Shown: positions 1 through 10,900 of the stretch, piece after piece
Numbering within the stretch: position 1 is the stretch's first letter
Layout of the letters: every line of letters starts with the position of its first letter
Origin: Psammoneis japonica
Lineage: Eukaryota
Assembly: GCA_008632985.1 (NCBI GenBank)
Contig: QPGO01000027.1
Location: 124,001 to 188,000, forward strand
Length of the DNA stretch: 64,000 nt
Direction of reading: 5' to 3'
Notes under the pieces: model-generated
What the model saw: the letters and a program-made list of their open reading frames with translations, nothing else
Told to the model about the DNA's origin: nothing
Databases searched by the model: none
Made by a program: the position numbers and the translations under genes

Positions 1-121
1 GCAGGGACTTATGAAACCAGTCCTTGTGATACTCGAGATTGTTCTTGATGCTACTGGATGTGCTGCCGCCGCTGATGTTGTTGTTGTTGTTGCTTCCCAG
101 CACTTCGGTGTTGCCACTCAT
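1..121 (-). CDS. Possible 5' end of a gene running off the window edge
   Basis: Minus-strand frame from ATG at 121 (MSGNTEVLGSNNNNNISGG...LEYHKDWFHKSL) is open to position 1 in normal-composition DNA; no recognisable domain. Confidence 0.25.
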   Translation of the reverse strand, partial: MSGNTEVLGSNNNNNISGGSTSSSIKNNLEYHKDWFHKSL

Positions 122-412
122 GATTGTGTATAGTGATATGGTGGGAGAAACGCTATGTACCAGCGTCGCTGGAAGGGATGTGTGTCGTTGACGACGACGG
201 TTGCTGTCAGAGATCCTTCGCCGCCGCCGGCATGGTGTGTTGTGGTGTTGGGTGTTGCTGATTTTTAGGGTTTCTGGCGCGCTTATCATACTTTCAAGTA
301 CAAATAAAATTTATGTTTGATGTCATCACCAATTAACGATTCAGATAATTCAGTCGTGATCCGAGATCAAGCAAGTCGTGCCAATGACCTGAGCTAAAAT
401 CACCTCTCCACT

Positions 413-770
413 CACACAAACATCATGGTTGACATCATGACCCCTGACCCAACAATGCCCTCACTGTTTGCAAGTCCAAGTAATGCTGTCAACAACAACG
501 TGACAATTGTGAACATGCATCAAGCTTGGCAGCAACAGCCCTTTGTAAAGCATCAGGACACTCGCCACACAAACACCATGGTTGACATCATGACCCCTGA
601 CCCAACAATGCCCTCACTGTTTGCAAGTCCAAGCAATGCTGTCAACAACAACGTGACAATTGTGAACATGCATCAAGCTTGGCAGCAACAGCCCTTTGTG
701 AAGCATCAGGACACAAGAACAAGGCAGCAACAGCCCTTTGTGAAGAGCATCGGGGACACAAGAACAAACA
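413..770 (+). repeat. 153-bp tandem duplication plus a short partial third copy
   Basis: ATGGTTGACATCATGACCCC starts at 425 and 578; GGCAGCAACAGCCCTTTGTGAAG recurs near 723. Confidence 0.95.
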
Positions 771-1143
771 AGTTGAGCCGCCTTCTCCAGGAGCAAGTTG
801 GTTTCAGACAAAACAGAGTTTTTTTAAATGTCTCTGAGAGAGCTGAGACTCATGTTTTTTTGTCATCAGCACATTTTGTTGGGTGGTGGATGTGTGCATT
901 GGGACTGCTTTCACCCCCCACCAAGAGAAAAAAGCAAGAAACTTTTTGGCAACAACCCACAAGGTTTTCTGTGCATTTCCACGTGCCACACACTTTTGCA
1001 CGAAATTTGTGCAAGACAACTGAGCTCCAGAACACTGACATTTTTTTAATGCAAGCTCACACTTTTTGCTGGGCCACTGAGGAAAGCACAATGGTTAAAA
1101 TTTTGTTTCTTGGCACACAAACAAACAAATCTTTTTCACTTGT

Positions 1144-3396
1144 TTTAAGCCACCTGTGTGGCTCATTCTGTCTGCATTTTAAACACTTGTTGAGAACAGC
1201 TTCATTTGTTTTTTTCCTTGCATTTGTCAGATCTTAAGTTGCCTGTGTGGCTCACACAAGTGTTTTCTCTGTGTGCTGCAGTTTGCCACTTGCAGAGCAA
1301 AAATCAGTGAAATCGATTCCGTGATGTGCTTGACAAGTGCAAGACCCAGACAAACAACCCAGGTGAGTGTGAACAAGTTGATTGTTGCCACAGTTGCTTT
1401 TAAAAATGATGTGAATGTCACTCAATGCATTGTTCATGCAACATGGCACCACACAGGCGCAGTCTTGTTTTGGTTTCTTGGAAGAAGGGTGGGCTCCAGT
1501 TTTGGGTGGTTGAGATCTGCACTTGTGAGCAAAAAAGAAAAAAGCATGAACAATGTGCACCCTCGGTGTGACACACTCATCTCATTGATGATGTGAATGA
1601 TGCTCACAGATTTTGAACAGACAACTGTGTGTCTGGAATGTCTTTTCGGAAGCCAGATTTGGGTGCCACCTTTTGGAAAGCAACGGATGAAGCACGATCA
1701 AGTTTGCAAAAGTCACAAGTGACTTCAGTCATTTTCATGGGTGTCTCAGACTTCTGTTGTGTGCAAGTGACACTCACAGGGCACAGTGCAACAGTGAGGG
1801 GGTTGTTGCAAGTGTTTTCTTCACCATCCTGCTGTTTGACATGATGACTGCACTCATTCTGGCTGGTGCAAGGGACTCTTGGGGCATTGTTTGTCTTTCT
1901 TGGTTGATTTGTCCCATTTCAACAACTGTGTTGTTCAACAACAATGACAGGTGAACCAGACTGGGCATTTCAGTGGAGAAATGAACATTGTGCATGTGTT
2001 TTCTTGGCATGCTAGAGTTTGCCAGTTGAAACTGTCATGGCATGTTGCATCTCCTTGAGGTCATTGCGTGCAGCTCCCAGTCATGCAATCAGCTGTCAAC
2101 AGCACTGGTCTACACCACTTTGTCAAATTGCCCATCAAAAAATCTGTTCTCACAATTGCAGCAATGATTTCCAGCACTTGGAGCCTTGCAGAGAACTGCC
2201 TGCACACACCAAGTTCCAGTTCAATCCTGCTGTTGGGCTTGAATGTCACCAATTGCGTTTGTTGACTCTTGCCCTTGCTTGGTCACATTCAATGTCCTTC
2301 TGCACAGCAGATGATTCCTGGCACCTGCGCTGTTGCAAAGCCTTCAATCTGCAATGTTGACAAACTGCACATTGTTCTGCACAAGCAACATGATGAAAAT
2401 GGTTGTCCAACAGAAGTGCTCCAGCCAGCTGTTGTCAATTGCCTGTCACTGGCAGTGTTTTCTGCAGTTTGGTCCCAATCTTAGAAGCATTGTCCACTTG
2501 AAAATGCCTCTTCCCAGATGATGTGAACAGTTTGAGCTGTGCTCTGAATCAATTTGGTTGGAGCTGGCACACTCACATGATCCGAGGTCCAACTGCTTGC
2601 GGCTCCTCAGGAACTTGCACAATTTTTTGACACCTGACAACTGCACAGGATCATCTCATGCAGCCAGTGTTGGAGGGTGTCATTTGAGCCATTGATTGAA
2701 ACTTTTGGATGGTTTGGTGCAGACATTCAGTTGATTTGATTGTTGCAAATGATTGTGACAAGCAAGGATTGCCACGCTTGCTTTTGTTTTTGACACAGAA
2801 AACAAAACCAAAGAAAGACCTTGTGCCCTTCTTCATCATCTTTGTCAGATGTGCCATCCAAGTCATGGGTGTCTGCAGAAGGCATTCCACTCTTCTGGGC
2901 TGCCTTCAAAACATTTGCTGCAGCGTCTGATGCAGAAGAAACAAAGATGTTGAGTGAAAAGTTCAGAAGATGATTAAAGGCATTGAATGAAGATGCCTTT
3001 CTTTGGGGCACCCACCTTGTGATCATGATGATGTTTCTTCAATGTGCTCTCCAGGTGTTTTTTGCACTTGGTGTCAAATGTTGCCACCGCTGCAACTGAT
3101 CCCATGGTCGGCTTGAGTTGTGTTGCGTGTCTGTGTTTTGGAAAGAAAAAGAATTGATTTTGTGGGTTGTCAGCGTTTTTGGCAAAAATCACAGTGTGAC
3201 AGTCATGCAGGTGTGGCTCAAAAGCATTGTGACTCATTTTGAACTCTTGTTAAGAACAGCTTCATTTTATTTCCTCCAGATGTCAGATCTCTGCCTTTGT
3301 TTTAGTTGCCTGTGTGGCTCATTTTGTCCTCATTTTAAACCTCTCAAGAACAGCTTTGTTTGTTTCCTTTTCCTTCCATTTTGTCAGCTCTCTGCC
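1144..3396 (+). repeat. Dispersed ~100-bp degenerate repeat (copies at about 1144-1256, 3212-3305, 3305-3396)
   Basis: Shared CCTGTGTGGCTCATT...CATTTTAAAC...AGAACAGCTT...TGTCAG motifs. Confidence 0.75.
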
Positions 3397-4319
3397 TTTG
3401 CTTTGCTCTGTCTCTGCTGCACCTGTCCTTTTTTCCTGCTGGACACTGCACAACTCATCCTCCAATCTAACATCCACCAACAACGATGGTGTGCCCCTGT
3501 CACAATCCACTTTGTTGTCCTGGTTGGATGTGTGACAATGACAACAACAACAACAACAAGTGTGCTCTCTAAAGGCATTTTCAAAGGCATCTCCAGTGTT
3601 CTTCTTTCTCCATTTTGGCCTGAACCCTGATGATGACTTTGGGAAGCACACCCCCAGTGCTGCAGGAAGAGAAGCACTGGGAAGAGAGCAGGGAGAGCAG
3701 CTTAGATTTAAACTTGCCAAGGGATGGTCTTTGCATCACATGAGGCAAGCAATGGCACTGATGCTTGGAAAGCCACTGCCATGTGACAGAGACTGGGAAG
3801 ATTCTTTCATCTTCTTCCCTGGCTGTCACCATCACCGCAAAGGAAGACAATGGCCAGAGTTCATCAGCACGCATCCTCAGTGTTCCAAGGGGTTCATTCT
3901 GGCATTGAGTTTGATGACATGTCTTGGTGTCTTCTCCAATTGGAGCAACAGGCTTGCCTGGTGGAAGGTGCATGATGCACAGAGCAATGCCGCTTGAGAA
4001 GCTAAAATGGAGCATGTGGTGGTGTCCCCATGTCCCAGCAAACATTTGCCAAATGCCAAGCCAGATCATCATCATCACCACAAATGCACGTTGGCTTGAC
4101 TTGCTGCCTGCACAACATGCAACCCAAATGCACTCAGTCTGCATTTGTTGAGTGGGATGGCCCAATTGAGGAGGTGTCTTTTCACTCTTGATTTGGGAAG
4201 CTGCAAGCCTTGTCTTGGGCAGCAGCAGTCCCTTGTGTGATTCCTTCACAAACAAGAAGATCCCCAGCTGCACAAGGTGTGGAAATGTGAGGCCCACAGA
4301 TGTGGCAAAGGAGGTGTGC

Positions 4320-5411
4320 AGTTGTCTTAGGATGGCATTGGAGGACTCCAGTGGGTTGCCAGGGACATGCCAACAACCATGGTTGGGGAGCAAATGCCTT
4401 GGCTTGTGTCAATGCAGCACCTTGTCTCTCTGACATGACTGGCTTTGGCCCAGCCAGCCAACCTGCAGAGACAATGGAAATGTCTGTGCAAGGCAACAGT
4501 GCAAGTGCTCCATTGTCTTGGGAAAACATTGGATGACTCCATTGGGTCCTGGAGGATGCAATGACAACAATGGCTGGGAAGCAAAGGCCTGCAGAGACAA
4601 AAAAAACCATCTGTGCAACAGCGCAAGTGCTCAGTTGTCTTGGGATGGCTTTTGCATTGGATGACTCCATTGGGTCCCAGAGGATGAAATGACAACAATG
4701 GTTGGAAAGCAAAGGCCTTGTCTTGTGTCAATGCAGCCCTTTGTCTCTCTGACATGACTGGGTTTGGCCCTGCCACCCCACCTGCAGAGACAAGAAAACC
4801 ATCTGTGCAACAGTGCAAGTGCTCAGTTTTGTCTTGGGATGGCTTTGGTGACTCCATTGGATCCCAGAAAAGCCAACAACAACAATGGCTGGGAAGCAAA
4901 GGCCTTGGCTTGTGTCAATGCAGCCCTTTGTCTCTCAGACATGACTGGGTTTGGGTCCTGCCACCCCAGCTGCAGAGACAAGAAAACCATCTGTGTGCTC
5001 AGTTGTCTTGGGATGGCTTTTGGTGACTCCATTGGATCACAGAGGACACAACAACAACAATGGCTGGGAAGCACAGGCCTTGTCTTGTGTCAGTGCAGCA
5101 CCTTGTCTCTCTGACAGGACTGGGTTTGGCCCAGCTAAAAGAGCCAATTTGCAAGATGGACAAGGGAACCACCTGTGCAACAGTGCAAGTGCTCAGTTGT
5201 CTTGGGATGGCTTTTGGTGACTCCATTGGATCCCAGAGGAGCCAACAACAACAATGGCTGGGAAGAAAAGGCTTCATCTTGTGTCAATGCTGACCTTGTC
5301 TCTCTGACATCATGACTGCTGGGTTTGGCCCAGCCAAGAACCAATTTGCAAGAAAGACAAGGGAGCCATCTGTGTGACAACACAAGCACTCAGTTGTCTT
5401 GAGATGGGCAC
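4320..5411. repeat. Degenerate tandem array of ~130-195 bp units, left part (interrupted by the LTR element)
   Basis: About six recurrences of GACTCCATTGG..CAACAATGGCTGGGAAG..TGTCTCTCTGACATGACTGG..CAGTTGTCTTGGGATGG. Confidence 0.9.
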
Positions 5412-5687
5412 TGACAGGATTTGAACAGGATTTGGATGCGCGCGAAGTATCGCGCGCTGTTTAGTTTACCGCACACAGTTTTGTGTGCTTTAGTTCCGCG
5501 CGTTTGCGCGCGATGTAGTTTGCTTTCGAGCCACAAGGCTCACAAGAATAATAACAGTAGCCCGATTATACCGACCCACACGTCTTTCGGCTCCTGTAAC
5601 GGTCTCTGAGCGGAGACTCATCTGCTATTTAGACAGCAGTAAGGAGTTATTGTTTGAATTCTTGCCATTTGCCTTCAATTTCTGTCA
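5412..5687 (+). repeat. 5' LTR (276 bp)
   Basis: 270/276 identical to 12243-12518; TG...CA ends. Confidence 0.98.
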
Positions 5688-5704
5688 GATTAACAGTCTT
5701 GCTC
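5688..5704 (+). promoter_or_regulatory. Candidate primer-binding site complementary to the anticodon arm of tRNA-Asn(GUU)
   Basis: GATTAACAGTCTTGCTC directly follows the LTR; reverse complement contains GACTGTTAATC; no TGG-type 3'-CCA PBS. Confidence 0.55.
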
Positions 5705-6626
5705 ATTGTCAACCCATTGAGCAACCGCCATCGTCGTCGTTGATTTACCAACGACGCTATTTCAATTCTACGTGGACCTCCGTATATATTCTACATACAT
5801 CGGCAAGTCTACGCGCATCCAATACCAGGGCATCGGCAGGAAGTTAACGTCACCGTCAAGTCTCCTTACCGCTGGATATCTGGATTGATTATACTACCTT
5901 TGATCGCTGAAGACATACATTCAACGGTCATATCCAAGTCTATCCTTGATCCTCATCCCTTGATATACCTATTCATCGGTTAACGGTCAAGAATCCTACA
6001 TATTCAAGGATCTTCGTCGCTGAAGACATATATATATATACATATCTTCACGGCCAAGAACCTGTACACACTCTTCGGACTGCGGTTTTGCCACCACTCT
6101 ACAAGCACACCGAGTCCATTGTACCTGATCTACCCCGGACTACTGGTGCTCTACAGTTCTACTAGGTCCACGAGGACGACTGTGAGAGCAAGCAGCCGTG
6201 ATCACAGCCTGCGTTGGGGCGAGGGTGCTTTCCCGCGTTTGTTCGTTCGTCCACAGCGCCTGACGCCTGCGTCAACTGGCCAGCCTGATCGGGAAATCCA
6301 ACCGACATAAAATAAGAACGGTTCGGGGGTCTTGTCCACCTCCAGTCAGCTCACCTGCAGGGGCTTGCAACCCGCTACTCCGCTCGCAAGCAACCCAAAG
6401 CGCCACTGGCTGCGGGTTCGGACGTGCCGGCACAACTCTACGGACAGGATGGGAAGTTTAGCACTTGACAACGAACGGGATGGCAAAGCCCGGCGACTTC
6501 TGATTTTAAGATAGTTCAAGATTTCAAGTCAAGTCTGTTTCAAGTCAAGTCTGTTCTCACCCGAGTTTCAAGTCTGCCCTCGCTTCCCAATCAGAATTGA
6601 TTGTCCTGACACCACTTTTGTCTGCC

Positions 6627-7975
6627 ATGGTTCTCACTCGTCAGCAACAAATCGATGGTTTCGAGCACGTTGTTGGAACCGTGCTTGCCCAAGGTGCTGG
6701 GAGTCCTCTTCGTTTGGCTTTGGCCCAAGACGGCACGGACTCGTGTCAGGAACTGTTCACGTTCACACCGTCCCAAATCGACTCGCTTGTGTGCGACAAC
6801 GGCACCAATGTGATCCCTTTGCCTCGTGGTTATAAGAACATGTTAGCAGCACTGGTTGGTCTGCACATTGTCAAAGCACACAAAGGTCTTGACGTTGCCA
6901 ACGACTCCTCTTTGTTCACGCATGATGAGTTCCTTGCCTGCCGCCTCAGCCCGGACTGCATGTCCTCTGTGTCCATCGGCAGCTCACCCCTTGCACCTCC
7001 ACATGTCACCAACCCGACCAAGGCACGCGACCCGGTGCGAGACTTCAAGCGAGGCATCAAGCGTGATCCCACCGCTTTCACGGCTCTCAAATCCGGCAAG
7101 CAGTGGCACACTTGGCACACCTCACTTGTGGCACAAGCCCATGCCCAAGACGTCGAGTGCATTCTAGACTCGTCGTACAAACCGACCAGCCCCGAAGACA
7201 AACTGCTCTTTGCTGAACAGCAAAAGTGCATGTTCGCCGTCTTCGAACGCATCCTTCTCACCGACAAGGGCAAGGCTCTCATTCGCGAAAATGTGGGGTC
7301 CTCTGACGCACAGACCGTCTGCCGCTCCTTGTCTGAACACGCGCTTGCCTCCACCCGTGCATCCATCGAGTCCTCCACCCTGCTCACGTGCCTCACCACC
7401 GCACGTCTTGGTGATGGCACTTGGAAAGGTCCGACCCACGGGTTCATCCTTCATTGGCAAGATCAGTTGCGCAAGTGCGAGGCACTCATCCCCGCCAGCG
7501 ACCACTTCTCTGAAGGACAGAAGCGCGTCATGCTCGAGAATGCCGTGCACCCTGTCGAGGAACTCCGTGCTGTCAAGAACCAAGCTGATCAGCATCGTGC
7601 GCAGAGTGGCAAGAGCCTCACATGCGATCAACACTGTGGCTTGCTCCTCTCCGCGGCAGCTCAGTGCGACAGCACGTTTCAACCCAAGACGACACCTCGA
7701 GCTCCCCGACGCGCCATGTGCGCCCACGACGTCCACTCCGAGGAACCGTCCGACGATGTGTTCTACGACATTGACAGTGACGTTGACGTCCTTCAAGCCA
7801 ATGCTGCCTGCACCCGTGGTCCCAGCCTCACCGGTGTCCAATGGAGACGTCTCCCTCCCAACCACCAACGGCTCTGGGATTCGTTGCCCGATTCCTCCAA
7901 GGCGATCATCCTTGAGCACTCTCGCCCGCCTCCCCCAACCCGCGAGCCAGCAACTGCCATGAGTCTGTTACGGCC
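6627..7975 (+). CDS. gag: Copia Gag-like region (real frame probably switches to the pol frame near 7916-7975)
   Basis: ORF 6597-8318, ATG at 6627; FKRGIKRD and VMLENAV motifs typical of diatom copia Gag as I recall them; many Cys at likely Tyr positions. Confidence 0.85.
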
Positions 7976-10900
7976 AACCTTCACGACCAACACCTTGGGA
8001 GTGACGGTGATGTCAACTTGTCCAACACGACTCCTGCTGACTGTGGTGACTCCGCCACACATGTGGACGCCACTTCGGACAATCCCATCCTGGCGCACCT
8101 CACCAAGCGCAAGCCACTGCCACCCGGTGATCTGCAACGTCTGTTGTCTCCTAACCAAGCCCCCAATGCCAGTCGACCGGGGCCATCCGCTGCTTCCTCT
8201 ACCCCGCCAGCTTCTGCAGATAACACAGAACTTAACGGCCGCACTTGCCGCCGCGTTAACAACCACAATGTCATTTGCTCTGCCTCTGCTCATCGCTCCA
8301 CACGCACTGGCGCTCTAGTCGATCGTGGGGCCAACGGCGGCATTTCTGGCGACGACGTTCGCGTCATCGCACGCACCTCTCGCCAAGTCGACGTTCAGGG
8401 CATTGACGATCATCAATTGGTGGACATCCCCATTGTCGCCGCTGGTGCCGTCATTGAGACCCAGCGTGGTCCCGTCATCGCCATCCTCCATCAGCACGCA
8501 CACACGGGAAAGGGCAAGACCATCCATTCCTGCAGCCAGCTCGAATGGCACAAACAGGATGTCAACGATCGCTCTGTCAAGGTGCCCAATGGCTTGCAAC
8601 GCATTGCCACTCCTGATGGCTATGTCATCCCCATTGACATCAAGGCTGGCCTGCCTCATGTTGCCATGCGCCCTTGCACTGACGCCGAATGGGACACCCT
8701 GCCCCATGTCATCCTCACCGGTGATGACACATGGGACCCTTCCGTCCTCGATCACTCTGTCACTGACGACGACCAGTGGTGCGACGCGATCTCTGACCCA
8801 CAGGACGATCCCACTGCCAACCCATTTGACGAATGCGGCAACTGCCGTCACCGTGTCGTTGTCAACGAGACCATCTTGTCCGCTTCCTTGTCTGACGATC
8901 ACGCGTCCGCCCTCGATGATCACCTCATTCCGAACGACGACGTGTTCTACGAGTGTCATCTGCATGCGAGTGACCCCACGGGCGTTGACGTTCCACCTCC
9001 GGAGCGCACTGTGAAGCCCAAGGACCCCCCCTTCGAGTCTCTTCGGCCTTGCTTTGGCTTCCTGCCTGCCGATGCGGTCCGTCGTACTTTTGACTGCACC
9101 ACGCAGTGCGCCCGCATGCCCGCCGGCACACACCTTCGCAAGGCCTGCAAATCACCCAACCCCGCCCTTAATGTGCACCGCCGCAATGAGCCTGTCGCCA
9201 CTGACACCATTTGTGCCGACACCCCAGCCGTCGACTCTGGTTGCACCAGCGCCCAACTGTTTGTTGGCACCGAGTCTACCGTCACTGACGTCTGCGGCAC
9301 TAAGACGGACAAAGAGTTTGTCAACACACTCGAGGATCAGATCCATGAACGTGGTGCACCATCCAAACTCATTAGCGACCGTGCTCAAGTTGAGATCAGC
9401 AACAAGGTGCTCGGGATCCTGCGCGCCCTCTTCATCTCCAGCTGGCAAAGTGAGCCTCACCAGCAACACCAAAACTTTGCCGAACGTCGACACCAGACCG
9501 TGAAGCGCATGGCGAACACTGTCATGGACCGTTTTGGTTCGCCCGCCCACACATGGCTCCTGGCGCTCATGTGCGTGTGCTTCACACTCAACCACACAGC
9601 GTCCCCACGTCTCCACTGGCGCACGCCCCTCGAGACTCTCACTGGATCCACCCCGGACATCAGCCCATTGCTTCGCTTTCACTGGTGGGAACCAGTGTGC
9701 TTCCACCTCGATGACTCCGATTGGCCGTCCGAATCCCGTGAGTTGCGTGGACGCTTTGTTGGCATTGCTGAGCACGTCGGTCACCAGATGACCTTCAAGA
9801 TCCTCTCTGACGAGACTCAAAAGATCCTCTGCCGGTCCAACGTTCGCTCCGCTGCCCCCGATCCTGCCGTTCGAAACCTGCGTCTTGATCCTCCTGATGG
9901 GGAGCCACCTGAACCCATCATCAAATCTCGCCATGACGACAACCCCGTCGATTCTACTGATGGGGAGATCAGGACACCCAAGATGCCAGTTTTCGATCCG
10001 CAAGACATCATTGGACGTACCTTCCTCATGCAGCCACAAGAGGATGGACAACGCCACAGAGCTCGCATCGTCAAGGCCGTCGAAGACCACGAATGGAAAG
10101 TGAACGGCAATCCCGAGCTCACTAAGTTCGTCTGCTCTGTCAACAATGACGAATACGAGGAAGTCCTTGCTTGCAATGACATCATGAATCACATTGAGCA
10201 AGAAGACGAAGACACTGCCATTTGGAAATTTCGACGCATCGCATCACACGAAGGACCTCTGAAGCCTCACGACCCAACCTGGAAAGGCTCAAGCTGCAAC
10301 ATCATGCTTGAATGGGAAAGTGGGGAGATCACGTCCGAGCCTCTTGCCATCATCGCCAAGGACGACCCCGTCACCTGTGCCATCTATGCACGAGAGAACG
10401 GACTCCTCGACACGGATGGCTGGAAGCGGTTCCGCACTATCGCGAGGCGCCAAAAGAAGCTATTTCACATGGCCAACCAAGCCAAGCTTCGCTCCTTCCG
10501 CACTGCACCTCGCTACAAGTACGGATACGAAGTTCCCCGGAACTACAAACACGCCATGTCACTGGACGAACGCAACGGCAACCGCAAGTGGGGAGACGCA
10601 ACTAATCTCGAGATGGACCAACTCGACGAATACGAAGTCTTCCATGACTGCGGGCCCTTCAAGTCTTCCACTCCTCCTGCGGGACACAAGAAGATCCGAG
10701 TGCACCTGGTGTTCGACGTGAAACACGACGGTCGCCACAAGGCACGACTCGTAGCCGACGGGCACCTCACGGATGTACCTGTTGACAGTGTTTGCTCCGG
10801 AGCAGTCTCCCTCCGTGGCCTTCGGCTGATGATTTTCCTGGCCGAACTCAACGAGCTGGAGACATGGGCCACCGACATTGGCAATGCCTGCCTTGAAGCC

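Larger units (their letters stand above)
400..5411. other. TpA- and CpG-depleted, TpG/CpA-rich degenerate domain
   Basis: TA and CG are very rare by eye; ORFs in all six frames are Cys/His/Gln/Trp-rich and essentially Tyr-free. Boundary approximate. Confidence 0.9.

Noticed and set aside
1750..4000. Possible transposase or gene relics
   Set aside because: Too eroded to recognise any diagnostic motif.
4320..5411. CRISPR-like array
   Set aside because: Whole units are homologous with no unique spacers, no cas genes, eukaryotic context.
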